A stretch of 63,387 bases of DNA, counting the filler, from Octopus bimaculoides (Eukaryota): assembly GCF_001194135.2 (NCBI RefSeq). It is 6 parts of 6 records of this genome, joined end to end, with 100 filler letters (N's around TTAATTAATTAA, not from the genome) between each part and the next. Parts side by side here need not be neighbours in the genome. Positions count along the whole stretch, not along the records: positions 1 to 29,471 come from NC_068983.1; 5 more parts are not named here. The stretch is one strand, 5' to 3'. Below the pieces are notes generated by a model. The model saw only the letters and a list, made by a program, of their open reading frames with translations. It did not search any database and had not been told where the DNA came from. The position numbers and the translations under genes were made by a program. Below are positions 13,863-26,113 of the stretch, one piece after another. Numbering within the stretch: position 1 is the stretch's first letter; each line of letters opens with the position of its first letter.

Positions 13863-13908
13863 AACACAACGTTTCGGATGATATATCCTCCAGCCTTCAT
13901 CAGGTGTC
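13863..13908 (-). ncRNA. Minimal type-I hammerhead ribozyme motif (HHR-2) in a ~170-bp pLTR-like repeat (about 13790-13955)
   Basis: GACAC - CUGAUGA - A - GGCUG...CAUCC - GAAA - CG - UU - GUGUU. Stem I is 5 bp, the core is intact and stem III is the palindrome ACGU. Confidence 0.75.
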
Positions 13909-13955
13909 TTGGGGAAATTTCGAACCTGGGTTTTCATTCCTAAGGTATTTTTTGA

Positions 13956-14025
<70 letters not shown>

Positions 14026-14028
<3 letters not shown>

Positions 14029-15084
14029 TAGTTTTATTTTTATAACGTACTTTCACTTCACTACCGAGCGCAGCTCTGTGCGCCTTGGGTATGTGCTGTG
14101 GTTTGCTGTGGTGCTCTTATGTTTACTGTATTGAAAGTGTTTTGCGTAGNNNNNNNNNNNNNNNNNNNNNNNNNNNNNNNNNNNNNNNNNNNNNNNNNNN
14201 NNNNNNNNNNNNNNNNNNNNNNNNNNNNNNNNNNNNNNNNNNNNNNNNNNNNNNNNNNNNNNNNNNNNNNNNNNNNNNNNNNNNNNNNNNNNNNNNNNNN
14301 NNNNNNNNNNNNNNNNNNNNNNNNNNNNNNNNNNNNNNNNNNNNNNNNNNNNNNNNNNNNNNNNNNNNNNNNNNNNNNNNNNNNNNNNNNNNNNNNNNNN
14401 NNNNNNNNNNNNNNNNNNNNNNNNNNNNNNNNNNNNNNNNNNNNNNNNNNNNNNNNNNNNNNNNNNNNNNNNNNNNNNNNNNNNNNNNNNNNNNNNNNNN
14501 NNNNNNNNNNNNNNNNNNNNNNNNNNNNNNNNNNNNNNNNNNNNNNNNNNNNNNNNNNNNNNNNNNNNNNNNNNNNNNNNNNNNNNNNNNNNNNNNNNNN
14601 NNNNNNNNNNNNNNNNNNNNNNNNNNNNNNNNNNNNNNNNNNNNNNNNNNNNNNNNNNNNNNNNNNNNNNNNNNNNNNNNNNNNNNNNNNNNNNNNNNNN
14701 NNNNNNNNNNNNNNNNNNNNNNNNNNNNNNNNNNNNNNNNNNNNNNNNNNNNNNNNNNNNNNNNNNNNNNNNNNNNNNNNNNNNNNNNNNNNNNNNNNNN
14801 NNNNNNNNNNNNNNNNNNNNNNNNNNNNNNNNNNNNNNNNNNNNNNNNNNNNNNNNNNNNNNNNNNNNNNNNNNNNNNNNNNNNNNNNNNNNNNNNNNNN
14901 NNNNNNNNNNNNNNNNNNNNNNNNNNNNNNNNNNNNNNNNNNNNNNNNNNNNNNNNNNNNNNNNNNNNNNNNNNNNNNNNNNNNNNNNNNNNNNNNNNNN
15001 NNNNNNNNNNNNNNNNNNNNNNNNNNNNNNNNNNNNNNNNNNNNNNNNNCATAACAAATTTGTAGCTTTGTTTGAATGTAGAAA

Positions 15085-15085
<1 letters not shown>
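14026..15085 (-). mobile_element. RLE (R4/Dong-type) non-LTR element, family A; 3' end visible, interior in an N-gap
   Basis: Encodes LRKTLSIQ*, identical to the C-terminus of the copy at 36325, then a ~110-bp 3' UTR. (TAA)n lies on both sides. That both sides of the gap belong to one copy is an assumption. Confidence 0.7.
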
Positions 15086-15171
<86 letters not shown>

Positions 15172-15175
15172 GTTG

Positions 15176-15213
<38 letters not shown>

Positions 15214-15216
<3 letters not shown>

Positions 15217-15265
15217 TAGTTTTATTTTTATAACGTGCTTTCACTTAACTACCGAGTGGAGCTGA
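15214..15265 (-). mobile_element. Second 3'-terminal fragment of the same family A element
   Basis: cagtagttttatttttataacgtgctttcacttaactaccgag is nearly identical to 14026-14070. Confidence 0.75.
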
Positions 15266-15299
15266 TTAAATTTGACTTCTGAGTACTTGTTTTAAAGCG

Positions 15300-15441
15300 T
15301 GGTACTTATTATATCACACACCTCTTGCCGAATCACTAAGTAATGAGGATGTAAACACACTAACACTGGTTTTCAAGTGGTAGTGGGGTACAAAAACAGA
15401 TACAAAGAAACACACACACGTGCACACACGTACGCACACAT

Positions 15442-15526
<85 letters not shown>

Positions 15527-15655
15527 CCCTTTACCAAATTCACTCACAAGGTTTTGGTTGGTTCGAGCAGACACTTTCCCAAGGTGCCATGTAGTGGGAC
15601 TGAACCCGGAATCATGCTGTTGAAATGCAAGCTGCTTCGCACACAGCCACGCCCG
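15300..15655 (-). mobile_element. SINE family S2 with an internal (CA)n microsatellite
   Basis: Head with A/B-box-like motifs at about 15520-15655, (CA)n at about 15410-15520, tail at about 15300-15400. Confidence 0.75.
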
Positions 15656-16635
15656 CGTCTACTATACTAAGTATATTATCCAATCTTTTTAGACGATTGC
15701 CGTCATCAGCATGATGTGTGGTACGCATTGTCTTACTTAGAATAAGAACTTTTGATCTAGCAAAAATATAGAGAGAGATTTGTGCATCAAGGGAAACGAA
15801 AAAAGTTGTTTTGTTGATTTTCGAATGTGACAGTGATATTTATAACTTTATCAAAAACCTCTAAAGTTGCTCTATATAAACTAGATAGTGGCTATGCAAG
15901 GTTTCTGGATCTTTCTGTGATATGGAAATAAACATTGTATACAGCCTAGTTTCAGGCAAACATCTGAAGCCGGGAAAGAATATACACTGAATAGATTTGT
16001 TTACGCTTCGAAAGCAATAGAAAACCGAACACTTTAATTACGTTGAAGAATATTAGAAGTGAAGTGAAATAGTTATGCATTTATTCATCCGTATACTAAA
16101 TGATTATTGGAGAACATCTTGAAAAATTGTGTATTCAGTATTAAATTGCACTTTGAAGATTTACATCTATTTGTACCCTCATTTTGAGAAGAAAAATCTA
16201 GTGAAAAGAAAGGATGTTTGAAGGAAATATACTGTATTGTTAGATACGATATAGGAGAGAAGCATATATTTAGCTAGCTATATGCTAATGGTTATAAAAT
16301 AAAAAGAACTATCAATCAATGAAAACTAAGAAGATACATGTTGTTTCATATAGTTNNNNNNNNNNNNNNNNNNNNNNNNNNNNNNNNNATATATATATAT
16401 ATATATATATACATATATTAGGTAGCTAATAAAGAAGATGTTACTGATAAACAATTATATTAAAAGGTGAATATAACATGCATCGTTGATGGAGTCGGAA
16501 AATCCATTCAAATCTGCAGGATTAACGTTGAATTTAACTGTTACAAACGCCATTCGGTTAATCTGTTGCGGGACTAATTACATGAAACCTCCTGCTATAG
16601 TAATATTAATTACTATAAGTCCAATATTGATATGA

Positions 16636-18398
16636 TAGTCCATGAGTTACGTCAGCTAGCGGTATCATCTCGGGTGAATATACCTAAGTAGTATTAAAAT
16701 ATTTACAGGATCACTATTAATGCAAAAAAAAATGTGATAGCGTTTTCAGCTCGGTAGCTTTGTTCTTTTTTTCGCAGATTTATGAAATTTCATTAATGTT
16801 GAAAAACTTCTGCGCGTGGTGACTGCAGTATATATGACATCGTTCACACTTCTAACAGAAATTAGAATGATCAGAACAAGCTCCTTGTATACCGAAACAG
16901 TCTTTCCATGGATGATCTTGTCAAAATCACCACAGACTGGATTAGGAGCTGTGAGATTAAACACAATTCTGTCTGAGGATTCTCCAACCAAAGCAGCAGT
17001 GCAGCTAGGACAGCAGATAAAGAAACAAGATCTCAGTCAAACATAGCCACCAAGCACCAAGCAAAACGTCATTCCCGACACTGCTACCAAAGTTCTCTAT
17101 TCTTTGCTGACTGGGGAAAACGAGACCTCTCAGAAAGGGTCAAGTGTCTTGCTATTTCTTTTGTAAGTGACCTGGTGCTTGCTGATACCTGTGGCAAAAC
17201 AAAGCTGAGGATACTGGTGTTCTGATTTTGTACTTGGGGTTCTGCAGCAAAATCTCGTGCTCCCTGTACCAGAAGTATAGTACAAAGAACAGAAAAAAAA
17301 AGTCCTTGACATTACAATGCTTTGATTGACATGCATGCCTTCACAGGCTGTGATACTGTCCGTGCCTTTGCTGACCGTGGAAAGCTGATAGAGTTCAAAC
17401 AGATGAAATTTAACAAGACCTTCCAAAAAGTCGTCAATGACCTGGGGCGATCTTGGAATGTTTCTTCTGAACTCTTTCAAAAACTACCGATGCTAACCTG
17501 CCAAATGTACATGCCTTCTGCCTCAACAAGTGAAATAAACTTCGATATCATCTATTTTGCGCTAGACGTGGAGAAATTGAGTCGAGTCAACTACCTCCAT
17601 GTGAGAACTGCCTGTTCATGCATGCCCTTCGTACAAACTACTAAGCAGCCATCTGGAGATGTCTACAGACCCAACCCTTTGTTCCAAGCCCCATTGACTT
17701 TGCTTAGATGTGCATCTCACCTGCGCCAGATGTTGTTCATCAGCTTTTGTCCTGCAAACGTGTGCGTTCCTGCAAAGTACCAGCATGCAGCTACCTCAGC
17801 AATGGCTTGAGGTGCACAGACATGTGCAAGCTACGAATATGTAACAACAAAGTTCCTGAATCCGGTGATAGAGAGCCAGAATTAGAACGGGCGGATTCTG
17901 AGGATGACCACGATGATTAGATTCATGGTATGCTGGGTACACGCGTCAGATACAGAACTTGGCTGACCTGCAGCTGCTATGCTACCAGAAAATCTTTGTT
18001 GACTTGAAAACAATTGATACAATCTTTCCCAAGGGCATGACTTGTGTGCACATGATGCGTCATGTGTGGTTTTATTTTCAATACCTATCATGCATATGAA
18101 ATATGAAATTCAATTTTATATCTAGTATAAACACATATTGATTAAATTCTGATCTGTGGATCACTTGTTTGTCCTTGCAATAGTCAAAATAAGAGATGTC
18201 TGTGATATTTTTGTTTGCCGTCTCTTATGGAAGATATGTCTATTCATGAAGTGATAATTACTTCTAAGCTACCATTCTGACAAGTCTATCATATATAAAG
18301 AGGAACTAGAGACATATAGCAAGTTAAACATTATCATAAGAATTATTCACCCCATGTGGTACCGATGCAGAAGTTTTGGGGTCTGGGCTGAAGGACTA
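16636..18398 (+). mobile_element. Internally deleted Academ(X)-type DNA transposon with both termini and a TGA target-site duplication
   Basis: XPG/FEN1-like motifs EDTGVL and HAFTGCDTVRAFADRGK, and a Cys-rich C-terminus SCKRVRSCKVPACSYLSNGLRCTDMCKLRICNN. Ends are tga|TAGTCC...GGACTA|tga. Subterminal inverted repeats agcggtatcatctcgggtgaata / atcggtaccacatggggtgaata match at 18 of 23. Confidence 0.8.
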
Positions 18399-18599
18399 TG
18401 AGTTTATAACTAATGTTGTGCTGCTGCTAAATATCCAGAATGTGACACCGTGAAAAATAATACTCGAAACATACATGAATCGCAGCGAGTCCTTACTTCT
18501 AACATATGTCTTTAATAAATAACAAAATAACTTATTTTTCATTAGCTCTTGATAAAGACTATATTCGATAAATAGTCACAATATTTTTATTCCTTAAGA

Positions 18600-18660
18600 C
18601 AGTGATTCTCAATCGAGGTCCAAATGACTCTTAGGGGTTCATGTTAGATTTTGACATTAA
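18600..18660 (+). mobile_element. Possible hAT/Charlie-type terminus (single end)
   Basis: cagtgattctcaatcgagg resembles CAGTGGTTCTCAACC-type TIRs. No partner end was found. Confidence 0.3.
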
Positions 18661-19674
18661 ATTTATGTGCAATAAACCGGCTTTACTTCTTCAATACACG
18701 AAATATATTAAGCTTTTTTTTATACAATTCGTAATGGTATTTAATTATAAAAATATGATTACAAATTGTATAAAATATCTGGGGGAGTGGGGCTAAACAA
18801 AAGCAATAACTGAATATTAAAACATGTTATATTATTACATTATGAAGCATCATTTATGTGTCTTTGATCACATGATTAAACTAAAATGTCTGTTATACAT
18901 TTAAAGTGAGATCTATGTTTATGCATTCCGTCTTACCTCACTATTTGGATAGAACTGTTCAATTAGATATTCTGGAAAGCATCATTTCCCTAAGCTATTC
19001 TGAATGTAGAAATGACGTAAAAATATTTATTCGACAAAGAATGTTTAAAGTTCACATTTGCAAACCTATCGTCGCCTGTTGCTGTTTACTGCTTCCTCTA
19101 CACAGGCGGTATTTACATTAATATAAAGACCTGCTTAGAATGGAAGTGACATTGATATGGTCAAATCTAATGTGATAAAAGAAATCTAATTTAAGCAAAG
19201 TGAAAGTATCTAAACAATTTTAAGCAATACTCTATGTGAAGAACGTTATTGATATGCACTATTACATTCAGCAAATATTTTCTTGACATAGTTTAAAATA
19301 AAACTATACATTTCTCTAGTGCATTTTCTTGCACTATTACAGTGTTCCTTTGTATGGTATCTTGAAACAAAGAGAAAACTTCATACTAATTAAACTCCTT
19401 TCTTCAAGAATATTTTACAAAGGAACCTCTTGTAATTTTTAGTGTTTCTTTCTTTTAAGAAAATAATTCTCAAAAAACAACTATCAACTGTTCCCATATG
19501 GTCAATCAGTCAGCAAGAAATTACAGCTGAATCTTCTCCTCATAAGAATTCATTACTTTACAAGAGAAGGGGAAAAGAGTGGATATTCTGTGGCACAATA
19601 GTTTTGACAGCAAGTAAAGGGACCACGCATGTGGACGGATATAACACACACACACAAAGACAGACAGACATTCC

Positions 19675-19707
<33 letters not shown>

Positions 19708-19909
19708 GCTAAAGGTAAGATCCAAGGATCAAGGTGTTGGAAGTTAGTGAGCTTTAAGTAGTCCGTAGAAGATACACACACACACACATACATGCATATA
19801 TGTACATCATTTTCTAATTTTCTGTATACACCTCATCACTTCACTAAATCAATGGTAAATATATATACTGACAGACCGATTTAGCCGAACATAGAGTGAT
19901 TGACTTGCC

Positions 19910-19951
19910 ACTGTTTATGAGCCCATGACTGACAGGCGAAACTAGTCTAGT
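19910..19951 (+). ncRNA. Hammerhead-like motif with mutated core (HHR-3)
   Basis: ACUG - UUUAUGA - GCC...GGC - GAAA - CUAG - UC - UAGU. Stems I and II pair, stem III is the palindrome ACUAGU, and there is a GUC site. Core has C3U and G5U. Confidence 0.55.
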
Positions 19952-20248
19952 CTAGTGATCTCTACAACCGTTCATAGGGTGGGTATTTCTCTTGTCAGTG
20001 TCTATATATTGTGCGCGCCATACAGCGTTATGGGTTTTCGACTCTTATTTCTTAAAATATTCGGGCTTCGCCACCCTCAGTCGCAATTAGTAACGATTGA
20101 AATCTTCCTTTTTGGTTTTATATTTCGCCTAGCTATTTGTATCATACACACGCATGCACACGCACGCATATATGTATATATATTACACTCACAAACACAT
20201 ATACATACATACATAATACATACATGCATACATACATACGTACGTACG

Positions 20249-20282
<34 letters not shown>

Positions 20283-20369
20283 ATATATATATATATATAC
20301 TTATATATATGATTGAACGCTAGCCACTAAATCTTTTTTTATTTTCCGTCTCTGCTTATTTCTGTGTTC

Positions 20370-20405
20370 CTTTCTGTTGAAGAACGTAGACTCGAAACGG
20401 AAAAG
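20370..20405 (+). ncRNA. Degenerate hammerhead-like motif (HHR-4) in a ~200-bp unit flanked by (TA)n
   Basis: CUUU - CUGUUGA - A - GAAC GUAG ACUC - GAAA - CG - GA - AAAG. Stem I is perfect. A6U, U16.1G and stem II mismatches are present. Confidence 0.45.
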
Positions 20406-20498
20406 ACTTTCTCACTTCCCGAGCGTTAAACTAAATAATCTGTTTGTTGCTTACACACTAGTCTTCGTCTTTTGTTTTGTTTTTCTCTTGTAGATTCC

Positions 20499-20534
<36 letters not shown>

Positions 20535-23500
20535 CACATACGCACGCACACACATATATATGTGTGTGTAATTAATATATGTATATATGTGTGTCGCTGT
20601 GTGTGTTTGTGTACATTCTATTTATTTGCGAGGATGAGTAAAATTCTTTTCTAGTTGTAGCTTTAATTAATAATTCAAACAAATTACATATGAAGAGCGT
20701 ATAATTATCAAAATATTTCCCATCTGTTGCTATCGTTGTACCAGAAGCTTAATTTGACGTTTAAACCATTCGGCTAGTGTAGTGATGAAAGCACCCTTGC
20801 ACCCGTGCTCAAACTCATCCACATTGTTGTATCTCTATTCCATGCAAGAAACGAGTCATGACTCGGAAGAAGTAGTAATCGAATAGCACAAGTTCTAGAA
20901 AGTAGGCATAGTGAGTAGCACTTCCAGCTCCTTAATTTCCTGGAGTTTGTACTTTATTACATTGGCATTGTGCTGGAGAAATGGTATGTTTAGGAGTACG
21001 CAATTTCGATTGACCAATGCCGGACAGCTGGCTTGCAAAGCATCATGTATTCGCTGCAGTTATTGAATATAAAAGATAACGTTCACAGCACGACAATAAA
21101 TTATTCCGTGAGGAGTATATAAAGCGTTGTACCGTAGAAACAACTATGATGTTCTGTTGATCTGGCGAGCTAGCTTTTTTGTTTGCATTAATTCGTGAAT
21201 AGACAATTGTATTGTATAATGTTGAAAGTATATGTTGATGCAAACATGTACGTATGTTTTTGAACAAGAAATTCAGACTACAGGCAAAGATTATAAAACG
21301 CCTTAATCATATGAAAGTAATATGGGTAAGCTGTGCAGTACCAAACAAATAGAACAAGATAACTGGGGAACAACATACATTAAGAAGTCAGCTCAGCTGA
21401 ATTACAGAAGCTATGGTGAAGAGACGAATTGGATGTACATATAGATTCTGAATATATAATGCTTGCTCTGAGGATGTATAAGAACTGACTAGTTTGCGAC
21501 AGTTATACATTGGTAAACTGTGTCTTACCCGGCAAACTCCCAAATGTAGCAGCAAAAACAGACAATATTTCTTTATTTCATCAGCATAGAATATGTCTAT
21601 GCTAAGTAACGTGGCTTCTATTTCTCTTTAGTAGAACGTGATTTCGTATCTGAAAAATATTCGAGAATAATATCATCAAATTACTTGGTAAATTCAGAAT
21701 AACATTTTCAATTCAGAAATTTACGGAAATAGATATATACTTGTACCAGTCAGAATTACATTATATATAATATGTAGTTACTCATAATTGCTCGCAGGTG
21801 TATATGCATTAAAATAGTGCTGCATTTATAACAAAATTATTTCGCATCTTTTCGATCATCATCAATGTATCCTCATATTTACAGAGTAATATAAGAAATT
21901 TCAACAATATCTCTAATGATGTAGCTAACTGCATTCACTTTCTCTGAATGCAAATGTTAGGCCTCATAGTGAAGGGTCATTGCTGAAGGTTTTCTTCACT
22001 TTTCTCCTTTGCACCTGATCGAAATATGTTCTAATTGCAGACTAATTGAAGCCTATAACAAGCGGTGCGTAATGGCATAGCTATTTATCTGAACAAATAG
22101 CGAGTATTCAATATAAGTCGGAAGTATTTTTTTATCTGTGGGATTTATATCTGTATAGTTTTCGATCAGCTTTAATTTGGTTAGCTGTTGCTTTATTCGG
22201 TAGTCGCGATCAAGTTTTTTTTTCTCGTCTTTGATGTTTGGTTTCACATGAAAGCTTTTCACAAACAAGTATTTTAACTGTAACATTTATGCATCTAATG
22301 CAATCACTGTTATATGGCACTGCTATTAATGGTTTCTATGGTACAATTAAGTTGAATATAAAGTGTGAACCAAGTGAATTATTGCGCTTATAAAGGATTA
22401 GTTCATTAGTTATATAATATGCAAAAACATATCAAGTTAACTTTAAGGATTGTGGTTTTTCATTTTGTGTAAAGCATGAATTTGTTTGTTGATACTTAAG
22501 ATTACAATTTACAAAAAAATTAAGCTTGCAAAGATGCTAAAATCTTTATTAGTATACCACTTTTTTAAAATGCATTTAAGAAAAATTATAAATGTCTAAA
22601 AGTTTCAGAAAAACAAAAGAGCTATAAGCAGATTAAAAAAATATAATTACGTAGTGAGGCAGTAAGAGTAAATAGTCCAGTTTTTGGGGCAGAAGAATTT
22701 TGCAAGGCTCAAATGTAAAGAAGAAAAAGATAGGAGGAAAAGTTTTAAGTGCAAAGCGCACGCAGGAGGACGTAGGAAAAACTGAAGTGGAAGGGCGAAT
22801 GAATGTGTTCGAATTGTGTTTTGAAGCTATATGAGTGAAGGATGAGACAGAAAGCAAAAATAGTAAAATGTGGAAGTGAATAAGCAAGTTATGTGTGTTA
22901 CTAGGTGAATGTGAATAGGTGTCTAGGGAATTGTGTATGTGTGCGTGCTTGCGATTTTTTTTGTTTGATTGTGTGCGGATGTATACGCTCTGACGAGTAG
23001 AATAAGTAGTCGTCAATTAAGATATCAATTAAGATATCACTATGCACTTCTAGTGTGTCTTTTATTAATTTAATATTCATCCTTGTTATGCTTATAGAAC
23101 ATTTCTAACTACATATATATGAGCATGTGAGAGCACACATGATTGCTGTTTGTGTATGTGCAGACGTTGGAGAGGGTTACTGGGGGCAGTTAGTGTGTGA
23201 TGGCGTGGAGAGGAAAGGAAGAACTTTGGTAACTGTTCAATGCCTTATCAAACATTAAATTTCTTTCCAGCTATCCTGTTTGTTGCCAGTAAATCTTCTT
23301 CGCTGACATAAAGTCACTCATTTTCCCTCTTCCCTCAATTCTTCAGCTACCCAAATTCATCTGCTTCTTCACATGTTTCTGTTTCACGACTCTAAGATTT
23401 TTCCACATTGATTATCAAGTCCCTTTATATTACATTCTCCCCGACGATGGTCTCTTAACACTAAAATAACCCCTTGATCTTTGGAATTCACTAGATCACT

Positions 23501-23599
23501 GCAACCCAGCTGCAACCCAGCAATCTCTCCACCTCACTAAGCTAGTCCTTACCCTCAGCTGTTCTTCCTTTCCAAATACCTCTATCGGTAACTTACTGA

Positions 23600-25240
23600 A
23601 TTGGCAATGGGCACGAGGATGAAGTGTTTCTATGTTGATCTGTCAGTCATATTGAGTCCCAAGTCTTCACCCGGTTCGTTAAACCTAAAGTATTGGAACC
23701 ACCTGCATTACATTAAGAAGAGTTATTGCCATCAGCTTCGTTATCAACTAAGCGAGTGACTTTTATTTGGATGCGTGATAATATGTTGTTGTTAGTAGAA
23801 GTATAGTGTATGATAAACTAAACTTGACCTACACCACAATTACTAGATTGTAGATCAGAAGGGGTCTCATCTGCTCTGAGGAAATCTAAAGCTGCCAGAT
23901 GAGATATAGATGAACCCTATAGGCAGATAGTTGAGATAGCAATGGCGTTACTGATGTCAATTGCAATTATAGTACTTTCGCCGAACTCATTAAGAGTTAG
24001 GGGCCATTAATAATCAACTTAAGAGAACAGATGTCCGTTATATTTGGTTCTACGAGAATTGTAGCTATACTTGTAATAGCTGAAAAGGGAGATAAAATTA
24101 ATATTTTGAAGAAGTTAATTGTTTACTGATCATTCTTTGTTAGGAGCTAATTGGAAAGTGGGGAATATTTTTTTTTACTGTAAACATGTTAGAGCCTTTT
24201 CGTCAAGGAACTAGAAAAAAAAAAAACACTTTCAGGCTATATGATGAGCGCAGTTATTTGCTTTACTGATCGTTTTACAAGAGTTGCGATAATGGATAAA
24301 ATCCATTTATGTAGAGGGGAAATGAATTTATTTTTCTTGATGTTACAAATCTCACGTTTCACATCTTCCGCTGCAGCGTTGCAGAAATATGAAAACATGT
24401 GTTGAGTTTGGTATCGCATCAGGGAAGTTAAGGGACACGTCTGGAATTGTTTAACTCTCTCGGGTGCATCTCAAATGTTTTCAGTTATCCCAGTTACCTC
24501 TCTGTTTAGAGTATAGGATGAATCACATTGACGACAAGAAGAATTAGTGTTAACTTGAAGTATTACAGTGTGCTAGCGGTAGGGTTGTTGTAATGTATGC
24601 GGATAAATAGTGCACGGAATTGATTAGTCACTGGTTGAACGATCTGATGAATGTAAAGCGGTGATACTTTATTAAAGCCTGCATCAGGCGGTAAGGAAGA
24701 GAGCCATTGTATTTGGAGAGATAGATACGAGTGATTATTAACTTTTAGAAAATACTCAGTATGGTAAATGGTTCAGCTTCTGTAACAGCGGAGTTGATGC
24801 GCGAAAAGAATGTGAGTCACTGAGGACATTAGCTCTGGAGGAGAGTGATGTGAGATAAATGGTTTCATGCAGGATGTGCGATAGTAGTAGTAATGGTAGT
24901 AGTATAGCCGATGGAGGCTAGAGGACTTTTGTGAGCCGTAGAGACAACTTTGTTACTGATGTCTAGATGAGGGAAGCTAGTAAGGAGAAGGATGGTTTCA
25001 TATACGTGTTGCCATCACCTTTCAAGAGAAAAGTTGGAATTTAGAGAGTAGCTTAGATATTAGCGATAGGTTGTAGAAAAACAAATTGCCATATAATTGA
25101 ACACGATGACTGATTAACGTATTAATAATGTGCAATTGGAAGGGACCAGACCCGACGCAAATCAAGAGGTGTTTCGATATTGACAAAACATATTCTCTAT
25201 TTCTTCTTGTATGAAGATTATTTTGATTAGTTTTCATTCT
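23600..25240 (-). mobile_element. Highly decayed APE-RT LINE (CR1/L2/Jockey-like)
   Basis: Minus-strand LNEFGESTIIAIDISNAI (resembles ALDISKAFD), NCGVGQV (resembles SGVPQG), EDLGLNMTD and HQIVQPVT, with many stops. Confidence 0.45.
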
Positions 25241-25689
25241 CCTATGATTTTCATGCTTATGTAGTTTATAGAGAAAATAGAAAAAAGTACGATTTTTAAG
25301 TTGTTAGTAATCTGTAAATAGTCCAAAAGAATATCAGTGGCTGGCAGTATACCTCTCAAACTTCGTTGTCATCTTGGGTAAGTCATGAAATAGGTGAGAA
25401 GAGGATGCATTGAGGGAAGCATATATAAAGTGAACTGTTCAGATGAGAAGATTGAATGAGAAAATATGAAAATAACTCTAATGTCGCTTTTGTGAAATGA
25501 ATTTAAGAATGCTGGTCTGAAATGGCTTCTATGAAATCCTGTGTAAATGTCAGTCGGTTCAAATTCACATTATGAACGTTTACATTTTCTAGCCTAAATC
25601 TGACTGTAGTATTGTCTCGTTGAGACTTCTTTTAATCATCCTTTTAATGAAAAAATTAAATGTAATATTGTACCGTGTATATTTTTTAT

Positions 25690-25864
25690 TCCTTTATTCT
25701 TTTACTTATTTCAGTCATTTGACTGCGGCTATGCTGGAGCACCGGTTTTAGTCGAACGAATCGACTGCAGGATTTATTCTTTGTTTGACTGGTAATTATT
25801 CTATCGGTCTCTTTTGCCGAACCACCAAGTTACGGGGACGTAAAAACACCAACATGCGATGGTA

Positions 25865-25941
<77 letters not shown>

Positions 25942-26113
25942 CGACGGGCTTCTTTCAGTTTCTGTCTACCAAATCCACTCACAAAGCTTTGGTCGGTCGG
26001 CCCGAGGGCCCGAAGATATAGTAGAAGACATTTGGCCAAGGTGTCAGGCAGTTGGACTGAACTCAGAACCATGTGGTTGGGAAGCAAGCTTCTTACCACA
26101 CAGCCACTCCTGT
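25690..26113 (-). mobile_element. Near full-length SINE family S2: head, (TA)/(GT) microsatellite, tail
   Basis: Head ggagtggctgtgtggtaagaagcttgcttcccaaccacatggttctgagttcagtcc. Tail ends in catagccgcagtcaaatgactgaaataagtaaaag. Confidence 0.85.

Noticed and set aside
22053-22286. 77-aa Lys-rich ORF in unique AT-rich DNA
   Set aside because: No recognisable domain, a weak acceptor and no donor. ORFs this long are expected by chance.
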